From assembly GCA_964016885.1 (NCBI GenBank), contig OZ024743.1, forward strand, positions 155,310,001 through 155,374,000: a DNA stretch of 64,000 nucleotides, given 5' to 3'. This stretch comes from Eledone cirrhosa (lineage: Eukaryota). A program made the position numbers and the translations under genes. The first letter of the stretch is position 1. Each line of letters begins with the position of its first letter. Under the pieces are notes generated by a model that saw only the letters and a list, made by a program, of their open reading frames with translations, had not been told where the DNA came from and did no database searches. Positions 1 through 12,920 of the stretch are shown in pieces.

Positions 1-348
1 TGAGATAGAACGCCCGTGATGTTTGCTCTAATCTGATTAGTTTTGGTAATTCTACCAGTTTTATGTGAAAAAAGTGGCTCCAGAGGCATTAAAATAAGTT
101 TCGCGCTAATTCGTGTTGCCAATTCGTCTCAATCAACCGAGACAAACCTACATTCGGCGCAAAATCAATTTTTAACATTCACATGACCTCTACCGACTAA
201 TCAAAATTGTTTTGACCACAAGAATTTTTGCAACACGAATTGGCACGAAACTTATTTTAATACATCTGGAGCCACTTTTTTCACATAAAACAGGTAGAAT
301 TTCCAAAACTATTCAGATTAGAGCAAACATCACGGGTGTTCTATCTCA
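1..348. repeat. Long imperfect inverted repeat (arms 1-119 / 230-348), MITE/fold-back-like; may extend left of the window
   Basis: tgagatagaacgcccgtgatgtttgctctaatctga...tcgtgttgc is the reverse complement of gcaacacga...tcagattagagcaaacatcacgggtgttctatctca with scattered mismatches; 110-nt spacer. Confidence 0.9.
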
Positions 349-3300
349 AAATTATATTCGAAAAGCATTAGAAATGCGCAACCAGTAAAAACTTAAAATC
401 AAAACTGAATACTACCCAATACTTATCACTAATTTTTACTTATTCCTAATTAAACTATTTTTCACTAATTAAACTATTTTTCACATTTGTCAGCATTTTC
501 TTTTCCTTTTACCAATATATATATATAAATTAATAAAAACAATGAATAAAAACAAAGAACAATTTCCTTATATTAAAAAGTCATCATTTTACGATCGTTT
601 CTAGGATACATATGTGTGTTGGTATGTATATCATATGGATATATGTAAAAATATTACAAACTATCAGAGGAAATATACATACCTTCACATATATGTGCTG
701 TCTACAGAAATAATGAGATTTGTTTATTGAAAAACCCCAACAAAGATTTAATATAATAGGTCTGTTTGGGAACATGTTTTTAATAGACCAATAGAAAAGT
801 AGTAAGAGGTCAAGTTGATAGAATATTAGTAGTAGCATCATTATGGAAACGTCTTGTTGAGTCAAACTAACCCACAAGTTAACACTATCCACTACACGGA
901 GTACTCCAACTGGACTACATCTAAGTAGACTGCCTATAACGATAACCTCTTATCCCGTACACATAGCTTCCACCTGGTTGAGCAACAACATTAACGCACG
1001 GTAATAACATGGAAAAGCACCACATATGCATGGCACTGAAAATCATACATATACCTACAAATAAGGACTATACACTAGGCATCATACAACGGACTAATGA
1101 TTTCATCCGCAGAATCCGATGGAAGGTTTACTACTACGAGAAAGGACCCGCTAATAACACGGGAGAATTTACCAAAGAGAATTACGGATATAAATTCTGC
1201 AAAACCCCTCCAAATAACCCCACACTCGATGCCTTCGAGCTGGACCTTATGAATAAGTGGAACTAAATTCAAAAAACGAACACATCATAACAAATTACAA
1301 AATGACATCAATACACTACTAAAAATACTAAGAAACACCAACGGTATCATAGTAAAAGCAGACAAAACATCAAACGTATATACTATGGACCTTAATACAT
1401 ACAATAATTTCATTCGACGTGAACTACATAAAAAATACAAAAAAACAAATAAATCTACACCACTAGCATTAATAAGGAAGGTTTTAGCATAGTAAATAAA
1501 CTCGAAATATCCGACAGAACCGAATCTATGACGCAATGCAACCCCACATTTAACCTTAAGGATCACACAAATAATATTGAAACAAACCCTACTATTACAT
1601 TAATATGCCCATCCAAGTCGGATATATTTAAAATTAGCAAGAATATTCTAGATAGAGTAATCGCACAAATTAAGGGAAAACTAGAAATCAATTTATAGGG
1701 TAACACTAATGAAGCAATTGAATGGTTCAATATAATAGGAAATATGGAAGAATACAACTTCATACAATTTGACATAAATGATTACTACGCATCCATATCC
1801 CCAGTCACCCTAGATAAAGCACTAATATTTGCCCAAAATAACTCGTACCTTAACCCAGATGAAATTAAAATAATACTAGCAGCTAGAAGGACTATCATAA
1901 CATTTTAAAATAGCTACTGGGAAAGAAAAAATAGGATGAAAGGCTTCGTAATCACAATGGCATCGAACGATTCAGCGCAAATAACAGATGTTGTGGGAAT
2001 ATTTATAGCATACAACCTACATAAAGAATTTAATAACCTCCAAGGAGGGATTTATAGAGATGACACGCCTCTTGCAGCTAGGAACTAACATACCCAGAGC
2101 ATGGAAGAATTAAGAAAAAATATTCGAACTTTCTTAAAAAAAACCAGGCTTAGATACGAACTGAATTCCAAAAAGGCAAACTTTCTAGACGTAATTCTAA
2201 ACCTAAGCACAGTATTAATAGAACCCTTCCACAAACATAATGAGAATCTAGCCTACATTAGTTATAACCCCCCCCCCCCATCCATAATTAAATCCATAGC
2301 ACGTAGTATATTCCTTAGAATATCCCGCTTATTCTCAACATGCTAACTATTATAACGCAGCATTACATAGGGCTGGACACAAAGAAAAGCTGCAGTTTAT
2401 AACGGATAAGGACAACACAAATAACCCATTAACACTGACACCATCCGCTCATACAAAATTAATGGTAACCGGACTAGACATAGAACTAGGCAAATAGCAC
2501 CTAGAATGGGAGGACCGAACACGAATAATGTAAACCCCAGAAACTATAGAAGAACTAGAGAAAGAAAATACCTGTGGTTTAATCCAATCTTCAACTCGTC
2601 TATAAGAACTAGACTGCCTTCTATGTTTTTTAAAATAATAGATAAACACTTCCCTATATCTCTTAGATATCATAAAATCTTCAATAGAAAAACTATAAAA
2701 CGCTCATACTCTACTGCTGCAAATATTGAATCGCACATACGCAAGATCAACCACAAGAATACCTCTAGGAAAGATATCCCAGCCATAAGCAACATAGCAC
2801 CAAACACAAAACACAAACACATTACCGTATCACAACCACAAACGCACATGAAAGCAAAGCACCACAGCAAAACTTTAATAGGAATGAATATAATACCCAC
2901 ATATAATAGCTTGCAAAACCGCAATGTGAAAGCTGCACAGAGTAATGCCCCGAACTACAACTGTCACTTACCGGATAAGTGCCCATTAGCGAATAGGTGC
3001 CTTAATTCGAGCCTAATTTACATGTATACTGTACACTCGGACAACTCCACTTGGCACTACATTGGATCCACCGCGGGTGTTTTTTAAAAAAGATGGTATG
3101 TGCACAGACATTCAATGAATAACCGTGCACTCGTAAATTCTACAACCTCGCCAATAAAATCTGGCAACTAAGGACAAAAACAGTGATTACAATATTAGCT
3201 CGTCGAAATTGGCGGCCGCAAAGGCATATAGCAGCGGTATGTCCCACCGCGGGCTCTAAAACATTGAATTGCTACATATCTTAAGGAACGATAAAATGCT

Positions 3301-3815
3301 ACTCAACAGCAAAATAGAAAGGTCAATTTTCTGCAGACATAGGATTGCTACAAAATTCGCGAGATTTAAACCACCGTGATTCGAACCAATATCACTTAGC
3401 TTTTAACATATGAAATCCGCCTTCTCACACACCATAATCTTCTATAAACACCTTATAGCCTCCCTAATTATATACCACTGGGATGTGTCATTAATGTCTG
3501 CAACTATCTTATCAGCCCATAAATCAATCCCATCTTCGCTGTTATTCACTCCTTCGGACCAAACAATTATATCTCACATTAGCACTCATAATCTCTAACA
3601 GATGAACCTAATCCTAAGTTCATTATCTTATTACTCCTACACTCCTTGAAATCTTACTTTCCTCTTATTCTTATTCTTATTATTATGAACATCAACATGC
3701 TAGATTCTTTATTATACTCTATCTCTTACATATATTGATGTTATTATTTTAATTATTTGCCATCTAGTTATTTTATTTTATTATTGATATTATTGTTCTG
3801 GTTTAATACCACACC

Positions 3816-3825
3816 TATATAAAAG
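3816..3825 (+). promoter_or_regulatory. TATA-box candidate in PLE pseudo-LTR
   Basis: TATATAAAAG about 30 nt upstream of the hammerhead; function is inferred from position only. Confidence 0.35.
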
Positions 3826-3855
3826 CCATGCCTTGTGTATCTTCTTCATTTCGCG

Positions 3856-3965
3856 TGCTCTGATGAAAACGACTGGTTATAAACAAAGTATTGGATACCG
3901 ATTGGCGCATAATCAGGCGGATAGCGAACTCTAGACCTACCTGATCAAAGAAACAATTGTCAGCA
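3856..3965 (+). ncRNA. Type I hammerhead ribozyme motif (PLE-associated, palindromic stem III, enlarged stem II region)
   Basis: tgct-CTGATGA(3860-3866)-83 nt-GAAAC(3950-3954)-aatt-GTC(3959-3961)-agca; stem I tgct/agca; the base of stem II is not cleanly paired in this copy. Confidence 0.7.
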
Positions 3966-4016
3966 ATGTGAATACACCCCTTATTGTATAGCGAACTGTG
4001 TCACTCTTCTTTCTTG

Positions 4017-4149
<133 letters not shown>

Positions 4150-5341
4150 TGTTTAAATATATATATATACATGCTCACGATCATTGTGGCATTATTATAT
4201 GTTCTGTTATCCGTTTACAAACAACAGACTACATTTTCTCAACACTTGTCTTAATCTTTACTTCGTTTTATATATTTAGATGTTAATGTTCGTATATAAT
4301 TAAATGTTATATAATGTTAGCAGACAAGAATAATTTTTATAACATTTATTATTCCTATTATCTTCGTCATCCACCAGCCTCATTTCAAACTTCTTTTTAA
4401 CATGATCTTGTAATTTCAGCAGAAAATTTTAGAAGCAATTGGCAGACATTATTGCAACATTTGCACTTCTAATTATAGTTGAAATTTAAATCAAATGTCA
4501 TATCATTATTAGTTTCTGACACTGACTTACTGCTGATACCATCAAATTTAAAACGATTCCAATTGTAATGTTCTGTAATATATGCTGTTAGAAAACTTGA
4601 GCCGCACGATATTTCGTAAAGTCTGACACTAATGATATCTATTTTATTTACTTCAGATAAAAAAAGAAAAAAATTAACCAAATTGTCATGAAGAACATTT
4701 TGGAGGAAACTATTCTTTATGTTTTCATTATTGTGATAACTTTCTTCGTGTTATACCGTAAATGAATGTATTGATTTCACAATCAATGTAATATTCTTAG
4801 TTGTTCTCCAAAACAATATATATCTACTTACGATCCTGATACTGCTATGTGACACTTGGTAATAATCAGATAATTTTATAATTCGAAATCTATAGAGTAA
4901 GCATTTTATCAGGAAATTAAAACGTATGTTATTGAATAGAAAGAAATCACAAGCAAAGGCAAGACATACAAATTATTAATAAGCATCACACTGCAGTATA
5001 CAAATTGGTAGTAGATGTATTGTTTAGTAGATGTTCGAAAAACTAGTGTGTATATGTGTGTCTCCCAAATGCAAAGGTTTTCATCTAAAAGATCTGCATC
5101 CATGGGAGAATGTTTTAGGGTTGTTAGTTACCAAAAAATGTAATTGTTACGAGATGTAAATCAACTTTAGATCGCCACTATAGCATACCATTAGAATCCA
5201 CAACTGTCACAAGGCCTCTCTCTATATTTATCTGTTTCTTACACTTTATCTGTATTTTACACTTTTCCCCTCAGTATATATACCACGCTCTCTCACTATC
5301 TTTCTATATCGTGTAAGATGGTGCTGGTTTGGCGTGTTGGG

Positions 5342-5748
5342 ATTGTGGTTTGGCAGTATCGATAGAGGGTCTGGCGCCATGCTTTGCAGCAAAGAGTTAC
5401 GGGCCTTTTATGGACTGAGTTCAAATCCTATTGAGTTTAACTTTGCCTTTCATCCTTACGGGGTCGATAAAATAAAGCACCAGTAATACACTGCGATAAT
5501 TGCTGGCCTTGTGCCAAATGTAGAAACAATTATTATTATTATTATTGTGCCGGTGGTTGGCAGTATCGGTAGAGAGTCGGACGCCATGCTTTGACGCGTA
5601 GAGTTACGGTCCTTGCCATTCTGAGTTCAAATCCTGCCGAGGTTAACTTTGCCTTTCTTCTTTACGGGGTCGATACAATAAAGTACCAGTAATACACTGG
5701 GATAATTGCTGGCATTGTGCCTAAAGTAGAAACAATTATTTTTATTAT
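5342..5748 (+). mobile_element. Two tandem tRNA-derived Nin-domain SINE copies (5342-5547, 5548-5748)
   Basis: A-box TGGCAGTATCG, B-box GAGTTCAAATCC, core tttgcctttcatccttacggggtcgataaaataaag, tail ggccttgtgccaaa.gtagaaaca(att)n. Confidence 0.9.
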
Positions 5749-6155
5749 CCCGGTTCGAGATAAGCTCTACAGGCACAGAAGTGTCGTCAGCCGGAATTGT
5801 CCGGGATGCGCACAGAGCGACGAAACCGTTGTGCACGCACTGGTTCAGTGTCCGAGCATTGTTGACTTGTGGAGCTATGTCGAACATTTGCTGTCACGTG
5901 TTTGGACGGATCCGGTTATCGACTGAGTCCATGGCCGTGGTCTTTTGTGTGCTTTTCACCACGAGAGACCATCGGAAGTTTCCCTCTATTGGGGAATTTT
6001 TGTTGTTTGAATTTTTTTGATATTTCTATCTTCTTGTTATAACCTTTTTTACACAGCATAAACCCACTTCGTATCTTCCTGTACCGTTATGTGCCGTCTG
6101 TACAGTTTTTCTTCATGTTAGCCCTTGTGACCAATAAATAGACCATTATTATTAT
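5749..6155 (+). mobile_element. Tx1/L1-like LINE 3' fragment with internal deletion
   Basis: VRDKLYRH..CPGCAQSDETVVHALVQC (CCHC) and 3' UTR ending gcccttgtgaccaataaa..(att)n. Confidence 0.85.
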
Positions 6156-6460
6156 GATTGGTAGTATCGGTAGAGAGTCGGACACCATGCTTTGGAGCAT
6201 AGAGTTACAGACCTTTACGGTCTGAGTTCAAATCCCGCCGAGGTTAACTTTGACTGTCATCCTTACGGGGGTCGATAAAATAAAGTACCCGTAATTAACT
6301 GGGAAAAGAGTTACGGGCCTTTTATGGACTGAGTTGAAATCCTATCGAGGTTAACTTTGCCTTTCATCCTTACGGGGTCGATAAAATAAAGCACCAGTAA
6401 TACACTGGGATAATTGTTGGCCTTGTGCCAAATTTAGAAACAATTATTATTATTATTATT
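6156..6460 (+). mobile_element. Two partial SINE copies (6156-6303, 6306-6460)
   Basis: Same B-box and Nin core as 5342-5748; the second copy ends in the tail and (att)n. Confidence 0.88.
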
Positions 6461-9400
6461 GGTCTGATTGGACGTCTTTATGTTCGCTGTCGTAAGTCTC
6501 TTTATTTACCTGTTATAATTATTTGTTGTAAAGTTTGTGTTGTTGTGTAAAGGATATAAACCCTTGGACTTTTGCCTGTGAAGGGGAAAATATAATATTT
6601 GGGCCAAAAGTTCCAAATATTTGAACATTTTTCTTTTTTAAATTATCAAAAAAACAAACAAACCATGGCTGCTGTCGTGTGACAACGGTGTAACAGTTGA
6701 GAGGAGGGTTACAGACATTGATAAAACAAACACCGAGAATTGATACAACAAACACCGATAATACAATAGCGAGAATGACAACAACACTGAGAACACTAAT
6801 ATTAAAAACATTGCCACACCAACTACAACAGTGATAACAGCAACAACACCAACAACATCGTTTGTAGCAGTAGCAACAGCAACAGCACCAACAACAAAAC
6901 CAGTAGCAGCAGTAGCGGCTGCAATAATGGGAGCGCTGAAAAAGGGGCCACAACTTTCGCAGGAGTGGCCTGAAATATAGAATCAGTGCTAGTCACGGAG
7001 GAGCAGGTGGCAGCCGCCAGGGCCATGGTGACAGTAGATGACAATAAAGTTTCCCTGAAACCTCCACACGACTTTTAGAAGGATCAGCAGCTACTGGCGG
7101 TGGCTTACCGCATCGTAAGAAAACTGTCACATCGAGTTGAGAGATCCACGGAAGCTCAAATGCAAAAGGCCTTGGGGTGTGTCTGGACGCGCAAAGCCCA
7201 TATCACCCGCGGCAAAGATAAGCCACAGTAGAAGTACTTTTCGACCCCCCAACCCCAAGAGGCAAATTTTCACACTTTGGAAACACTAAAGAGTGAGAAA
7301 ATTGTCTCAGTGCCCTCCTACTGCGGGCAGAAAACTTGTGAGGGTCAAAGCGAACCAGGTCACGCCCGACGTGCCCATACCTTGGCTGGTTGCGTTTGTC
7401 GTTGTTGGAATCGAAGACAGGACCACCATACTGCAAATACAGAGAATGGGAATAGAGAACTCGTCAGGTATAGGCATGCAAATGCTAATACAAACTGGCC
7501 AGGTGTGTATCGACGCCATCCCAGATATCATATCCCTCGAGGAAGGACTCGAACTCCCTATAAACGTGGGAGGATGCCGCCCAAAGTGCTATTTCCGTGG
7601 GCAAAAGAGGCACCTCAGGAACCTTTGCCCGCAGGAGCAACCAAACAGAGGGAACCCCTGCTTCCAACGCTTCATACGTTGTTACCAAGAGCATGGCAGG
7701 CAATAGAGGCAGAAGACTCTTCTACGGTAAGTAGGAGAGCAATGCCCGTGGCACCCATACCAAGGCCACGGACGACTAAAACAGCGGCAGCAGTGGTGGC
7801 AACACTAGTAGCTACACTTGCAGTAGCAGCACCTACAACAAAATCGCCGGAAAGTTTTATACTACCACCACCAACAGCCGTGGAGCACATACCCATCCCA
7901 GACGCCACGGAATCCGCTCTTTAGTGTTAGTGGGTGACTGGAACGGTATCTTAGATGCACGCTGGGATTATGTGGGGCTAGTAAATAAGTGAGGAGGATG
8001 TAAAAGTATCACCAACCTGCTCAGATATTTTCAACTGTCTGACAGATACGACTGCAAATGTGGACCAGGGCAAAGCGCATCGGGTCATCCATATCGTATT
8101 TATATAGGGCATCTTTTTAGGGAAACAGATTAGGCTAGTGGAGGTTGTTCACAAATTAAAGTAGTCGACTACACGGACCATACATTTGTGATTGGTGAAG
8201 TTGACCTATATAGACTCCATAGGGAAGGGCCCGGTTGCTGGAAGCTGAACGCGTCGTTCCCGGAGCGTAAAGCTTATAGAGATCGGATTAGCGAATTGGT
8301 TAAGCGGGCGTTGACGGGTGCGTCACAACGGGAACTTCACAAATCACAAATGTATGACTGCACGAGATGTAAATACCCAGGTTTGGCTGGTCTACCCTAT
8401 GAGCTTTATGTGTATATGCCACACTTGTTCAGCAACCTCTTGGCACATGTCTACTGCCACTGACAGCAAGACAGGAGCAGTCTCAGTTTTGTGAGTCGGT
8501 CACCGGTGGCGCTGCTGACAAAAGACCCGAACAAGGGGGACATTATACACAACTTCAGGCCCATAATTCTGCTAAACGCAGATTTTAAGATTTTGGCCAA
8601 GGTGTTAACAAAGAGAGTGCCACTTGTCGTCGGTGATCTGGTGGGAGAGGCCCAGACATGTGCCATTCCAGACAGATCCATCCATGACAATCTCCATCTC
8701 ATGGGATACATCATAGAGAGGGGGTTAAGGTACCAGGCACAGGTTGGGCCCTGATCAATTTGGGTCAATCTAAAGCATTTGATAGGGTCGACCATCGGTA
8801 CCTGGCTGCGGTCCTCGAGGCCGCCTTCTTCAGGTCCGCTTTTAGGGGCTGGATCGCTGCGATGAACAGCGACATCTGCTCGATTGTGAGGGTGAATGGT
8901 CACCTGTCACATCCCTTCAACATCAATCGCTCGGTCAGCCAGGGTTGCACCATCTCGACCTCTTGTACCTATTGGCCCTCGAGCCGTTACTGAACAAATT
9001 GGAGACGAAGAGGAGGGTCCCACGCGAACTTGAATGCGGGAGATCCGTGTCAGCTTAATCCGACGACGTCCCCGTAGTGGTGTTGAGCACCAAACACGTC
9101 CAGATGGTCTCAAGAAATATGAAGCGGTGACAGGAAAAGAAAGATAAACCAAGAAAAGTCGGTGGGCTTGCAACTTGGCACCTGGAGAGGTAGGTCCTTG
9201 CCTTCCGACAGCGTCGTGGGGCGCTGGACGGAAGGACCGGTTGAATTATTCGGGGTCTGGTTCGGTACGGAACACCAGATGGAGAAACACTGGAGCGAGG
9301 TGACGAGCATGGTGGCCTCTCTCAACCCAGAAATGGAGGAGGCTGTCTCTGAAAGGTCCGACGGAGGTCGCGAATGCGCACATCGCGTCCGTCATCTGCT

Positions 9401-10632
9401 ACTTCATGACCGTCGTACCAAGCCCCCGCCCAAATCTCTGACCAAAATGGAGCGCCTTCTCTCCTGCCTTTTGTGGAAGGGACGTGCTCCGATGGTTAGA
9501 CGATGCTTTTGCATTCAAGACCCGTTGCATGGAAGACTAGGCATGCCGTGGCTGATACTACGCAATCATGCGCTGAGGTTGCGAATTCTCTGGTGCTTCC
9601 TTGACGGTGAACAGGTGTGGTCGCTGTTTGCCGGATACGCTTTTCCCCAGCTCGTCTCCTTGACGGAACTGCAGTCCTGGACCGAGGGATAGCGCTTGGA
9701 AGATGGAATGCCTCCAAGCGCTCACCGCCCTCTATCAGCTGGGCACTGATATCGGTGGAATATCCACCTCGTTGTTCTATAGAGGGCTAGTGGTGGCGAA
9801 GAGCGACGATCTTCTCGGGGATACTCTGGGCGTCGAAGACGATCAGCTGTTCGCTCTCTTCAAGAGAACTCTCAGCCCGGGGCCTATGGACAACTTCCAG
9901 AAATGATGGCCTGGCAGCGCTACTGGGGAGCGTTGCCGGTCCGGGATAATCTCTACAGGCACGGACTTTCTGTCAGCGGAGCTTGTCCGAGAACCGCGCA
10001 TGGCGATGAAACCGTCGTGCACGCACTCGTCCAGTGTCCGAACACCTGTTTGCACGTGTAGAACGGATCCGGCTATAAGCTGAGTCCATCGTGAAGATTG
10101 TCCCACCGCCTTCCTTCAACCGAGAAGGACAGGCAGTTTTATCTGCCTGCTGGCCATGATAAAAGAGATTGTATGGTGGACACGTCTGAAAGGATTGAAG
10201 TAGATAATTTCCTCTTCAGTGACGCCCTCATTAACTTTTTCAGGTTTTACATGAAGAGGAAAGTCAGGGTCGATAGGGAAGTGCTGACCTCCAGCCAGTT
10301 TATTGAAAGGTGAGTGAGCGAGGCTAGAATTGCCCGTGAGAATAGGTCTACCCTGAGCGTGTGGCTGTAGCATTGTAGGAGGAAGACTGGAAGAGGGCAT
10401 TTGCCCTAGCTGCCAGGGTAACCGTGGCTATTTTTTGTGGGCTTTCTACACGAGTAACCCTCGGAGGTCTCACACCCTATTGGGAATTTTTCATTGTTTC
10501 ATTTCATCACACTCTGTTTTTGTTTTATTTTTTTACACGCAGAAATGCCCATTTGTATTGTCCTGTGTTGTCCTTAATGTTATACTCTGAGTCAACACTT
10601 GCGGTTAATAAAGAAAGCATTATTATTATTAG
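6461..10632 (+). mobile_element. Tx1/L1-like LINE copy A, 5' end present, internally deleted and decayed
   Basis: ORF1 remnants with degenerate zinc knuckle (RPKCYFRGQKRHLRNLCP); APE remnant LVGDWN..D; GPGCWKLN; RT NFRPIILLNADFKILAK, Q.KAFDRVDH, SVSQGC; flanked on both sides by (att)n. Confidence 0.88.
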
Positions 10633-10641
10633 TAGTAGTAG

Positions 10642-11766
10642 TGCTGCCAGCAACCTCTACGTGGAGGACTGGGCATTCCGTGGCTAATGATCTGCAAACA
10701 CGCGCTGAGGCTGCGGCATCTTCAGATATACTCCCTAAACGATGAGCAGGTGTGGTCCCCGTTTGTCAGACGGGCCTTTCTGCAGCGCGTTTCTTTGACT
10801 GAACTGCAGTCCTGGGTCAAGAAGAGACCGAAACTGGGTGACTGGCATCTGGAATGTTGCCAAGCACTCACTGCCCTCTACCAGGTGGGCAATGCGGTCA
10901 GTGGAACTTACACTCTCGAGTTCTATAGAGGATTAGTGGTGGGCAAGTGCGACGACGCACTCGGAGAGGCTCTGGGAGTCGACGAAGTCGAATTAAGCAG
11001 TCTGTTCCGGAGGACTTTCGAACCGGGGACGATGGATCATTTCCAAAAATCCCTCACTTGGAAGTGCTACCGGGGGGTCACTGCCGGTTCGAGATAAACT
11101 CTACAGGCACGGAAATGCTGTCAGACGGACCTGCCCCAGATGCGCGAAGACCGACGAAACCGTTCTGCACGCACTCGTCCAGTGTCCGTGCATTACTGAC
11201 TTGTGAAGTTATGTCGAACAGCTGCTGTTGCGTGTAGAACGGATCCGGCTACCGGCCGAATCCATAGTGAAGATCGACCCGTCGCCTTCTTTTGGCCAGG
11301 AAGGGCAGGCAATTTTCCTCTGCCTGGTGGCAGTAGCGAAAGAGGTTGTATGGTGGACGAGATTGAAAGGACTGAAGACAGACACTTTTCTCTTCGGCCA
11401 ATCCCTCATCAACTTTTTCAAGTTTCACTTGGAGAGGAAGTTGAGGATGGAGAGATGTGCTGCCCCCAACCAGTAGATGTACTGAAAAGGGGGTGAATGT
11501 GGCGAGAATGGCCTACTCTGGTCAAGCCTGTAGGTAGGTAAATTTGAGGAGGAGAGCTGTGCACTTCCAGGGTGCTCTCGAATCGTCGGGTCGTTCAGGT
11601 GTGGTTCCTGAGCGAACTCTGCGTGGTCAACCCCCCTATTGGGGAATTTTTTGTTATTGTTATTCATATTGTTTACTTGGTTTTTCTGTGAAACCCCACT
11701 GTCCAAGTTTTTGTAATGCCCCCTATATGTCGGCCCTTGTGGCCAATACATGAAATCATTATTACT
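10642..11766 (+). mobile_element. Tx1/L1-like LINE copy B, 5'-truncated
   Basis: HALRLRHL..QVWSPFVRRAF, CCHC region, VWWTRLKG; 3' end ggcccttgtggccaata..gaaatcattatt. Confidence 0.88.
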
Positions 11767-11799
11767 AGTATTAGTAGAAATAGTAGTAGAATAGTAGTG

Positions 11800-11859
<60 letters not shown>

Positions 11860-11904
11860 GTAATATTAGTAGTATTAGTAGTATTAGTAGTAGTAGTAGT
11901 AGTG

Positions 11905-11984
<80 letters not shown>

Positions 11985-12101
11985 TGTTGTATTAGTAGTA
12001 GTAGTAGTGGGATGGTGAGTAGCAGGAGGATGAGTAGTAGTAGTAGTAGGGGGAGGAGGAGGAGGAGGAGGAAGAGGAGGTGGAGGAGGAGGAGGAGGAG
12101 G
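11767..12101. repeat. (TAG)n and (GGA)n microsatellites
   Basis: Directly visible; source of the poly-V/T/P ORFs. Confidence 0.98.
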
Positions 12102-12139
12102 ATTTATAGACAATTTGCATGTCTATCATAGTTTTGGAG

Positions 12140-12920
12140 CTAGCTATAATCACGATGGCATTTCTTTGTGGAGAGGGACAATCAGAACATTTCGGCCAGA
12201 ATCCAGTAATGGTTGGGGATGGAAGACTTCCTCTAGATAGAAATGGAGCTATTGATATAAGTTCCTTCGGCAACGATGGTTGAATCACTATTTCAGCTCA
12301 TAGAAAAAATGTTCCCTAATCTTGAATATCAGTTATCAAGTAACAAGGGACTCAGTGAAATGGCTGTATTGGCTCCGAAAAAATTGACTGTGAAATTGGT
12401 AATTCAAGAGTTGTTCAAAAGAATTCGAAAGGTTTTGAAGCTCTATCGATATTTCAACATTGTGCTGGCATATTTGAAAACAGTCAGTTACATGTCAGAG
12501 TTCCTTACCTCCTTAGAACCATCAGGATTACTTCCACATTTCCTGCCCCTTAAAAAAGAAGCACCAATCATGTTATTGTGGAATTTGGTTGTGAGATATA
12601 GGTATCCACTCGTGATTCAAGACATTACTTAAACAGGATGTGGTAGGTGAGAGAATAGTGTTGGTTCCAAGAATTCCTCTTATCACCACTGATATTCCAT
12701 TTACTTTCAAAGAAACTTCAATTCCCAGTGAGTCTTAATTTTACCATGACCATACAAATCACACGGGCAAATAGTTTTGGTTGCCGGTTTACAACATTGA
12801 AGAGCCCCTCTTCACTCATGGTCAGCTTTACGTTGGACATCTTCGTGGAGGGATCTATCATTGAGGGACGACATGGTCTGATGTGAAATAAAAGAATAAA
12901 TTTGAAATAAAGGTATACTG
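12140..12920 (+). mobile_element. Helitron relic, PIF1-like helicase C-terminal region
   Basis: LIEKMFPNL..AVLAPK..EFLTSLEPSGLLPHFLPLKKEAPIMLLWNL, then VPRIPLITTDIPFTFK..QFPV..FTMTI and HGQLYV in shifted frames. Confidence 0.85.

Noticed and set aside
4330-5103. Hydrophobic minus-strand segments suggesting a GPCR pseudogene
   Set aside because: Many stops, no diagnostic motif; hydrophobic bias is expected from T-rich sequence
5342-6460. Regularly recurring SINE copies as a CRISPR-like array or tRNA genes
   Set aside because: The units are about 190-nt diverged SINEs with Pol III boxes and tails; no cloverleaf, no spacers, no cas genes, and the context is eukaryotic
11673-12113. Low-complexity ORFs (poly-T/V/P here; also poly-R/E/L, HT/CV and IY repeats elsewhere)
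   Set aside because: These are translations of microsatellites, not genes
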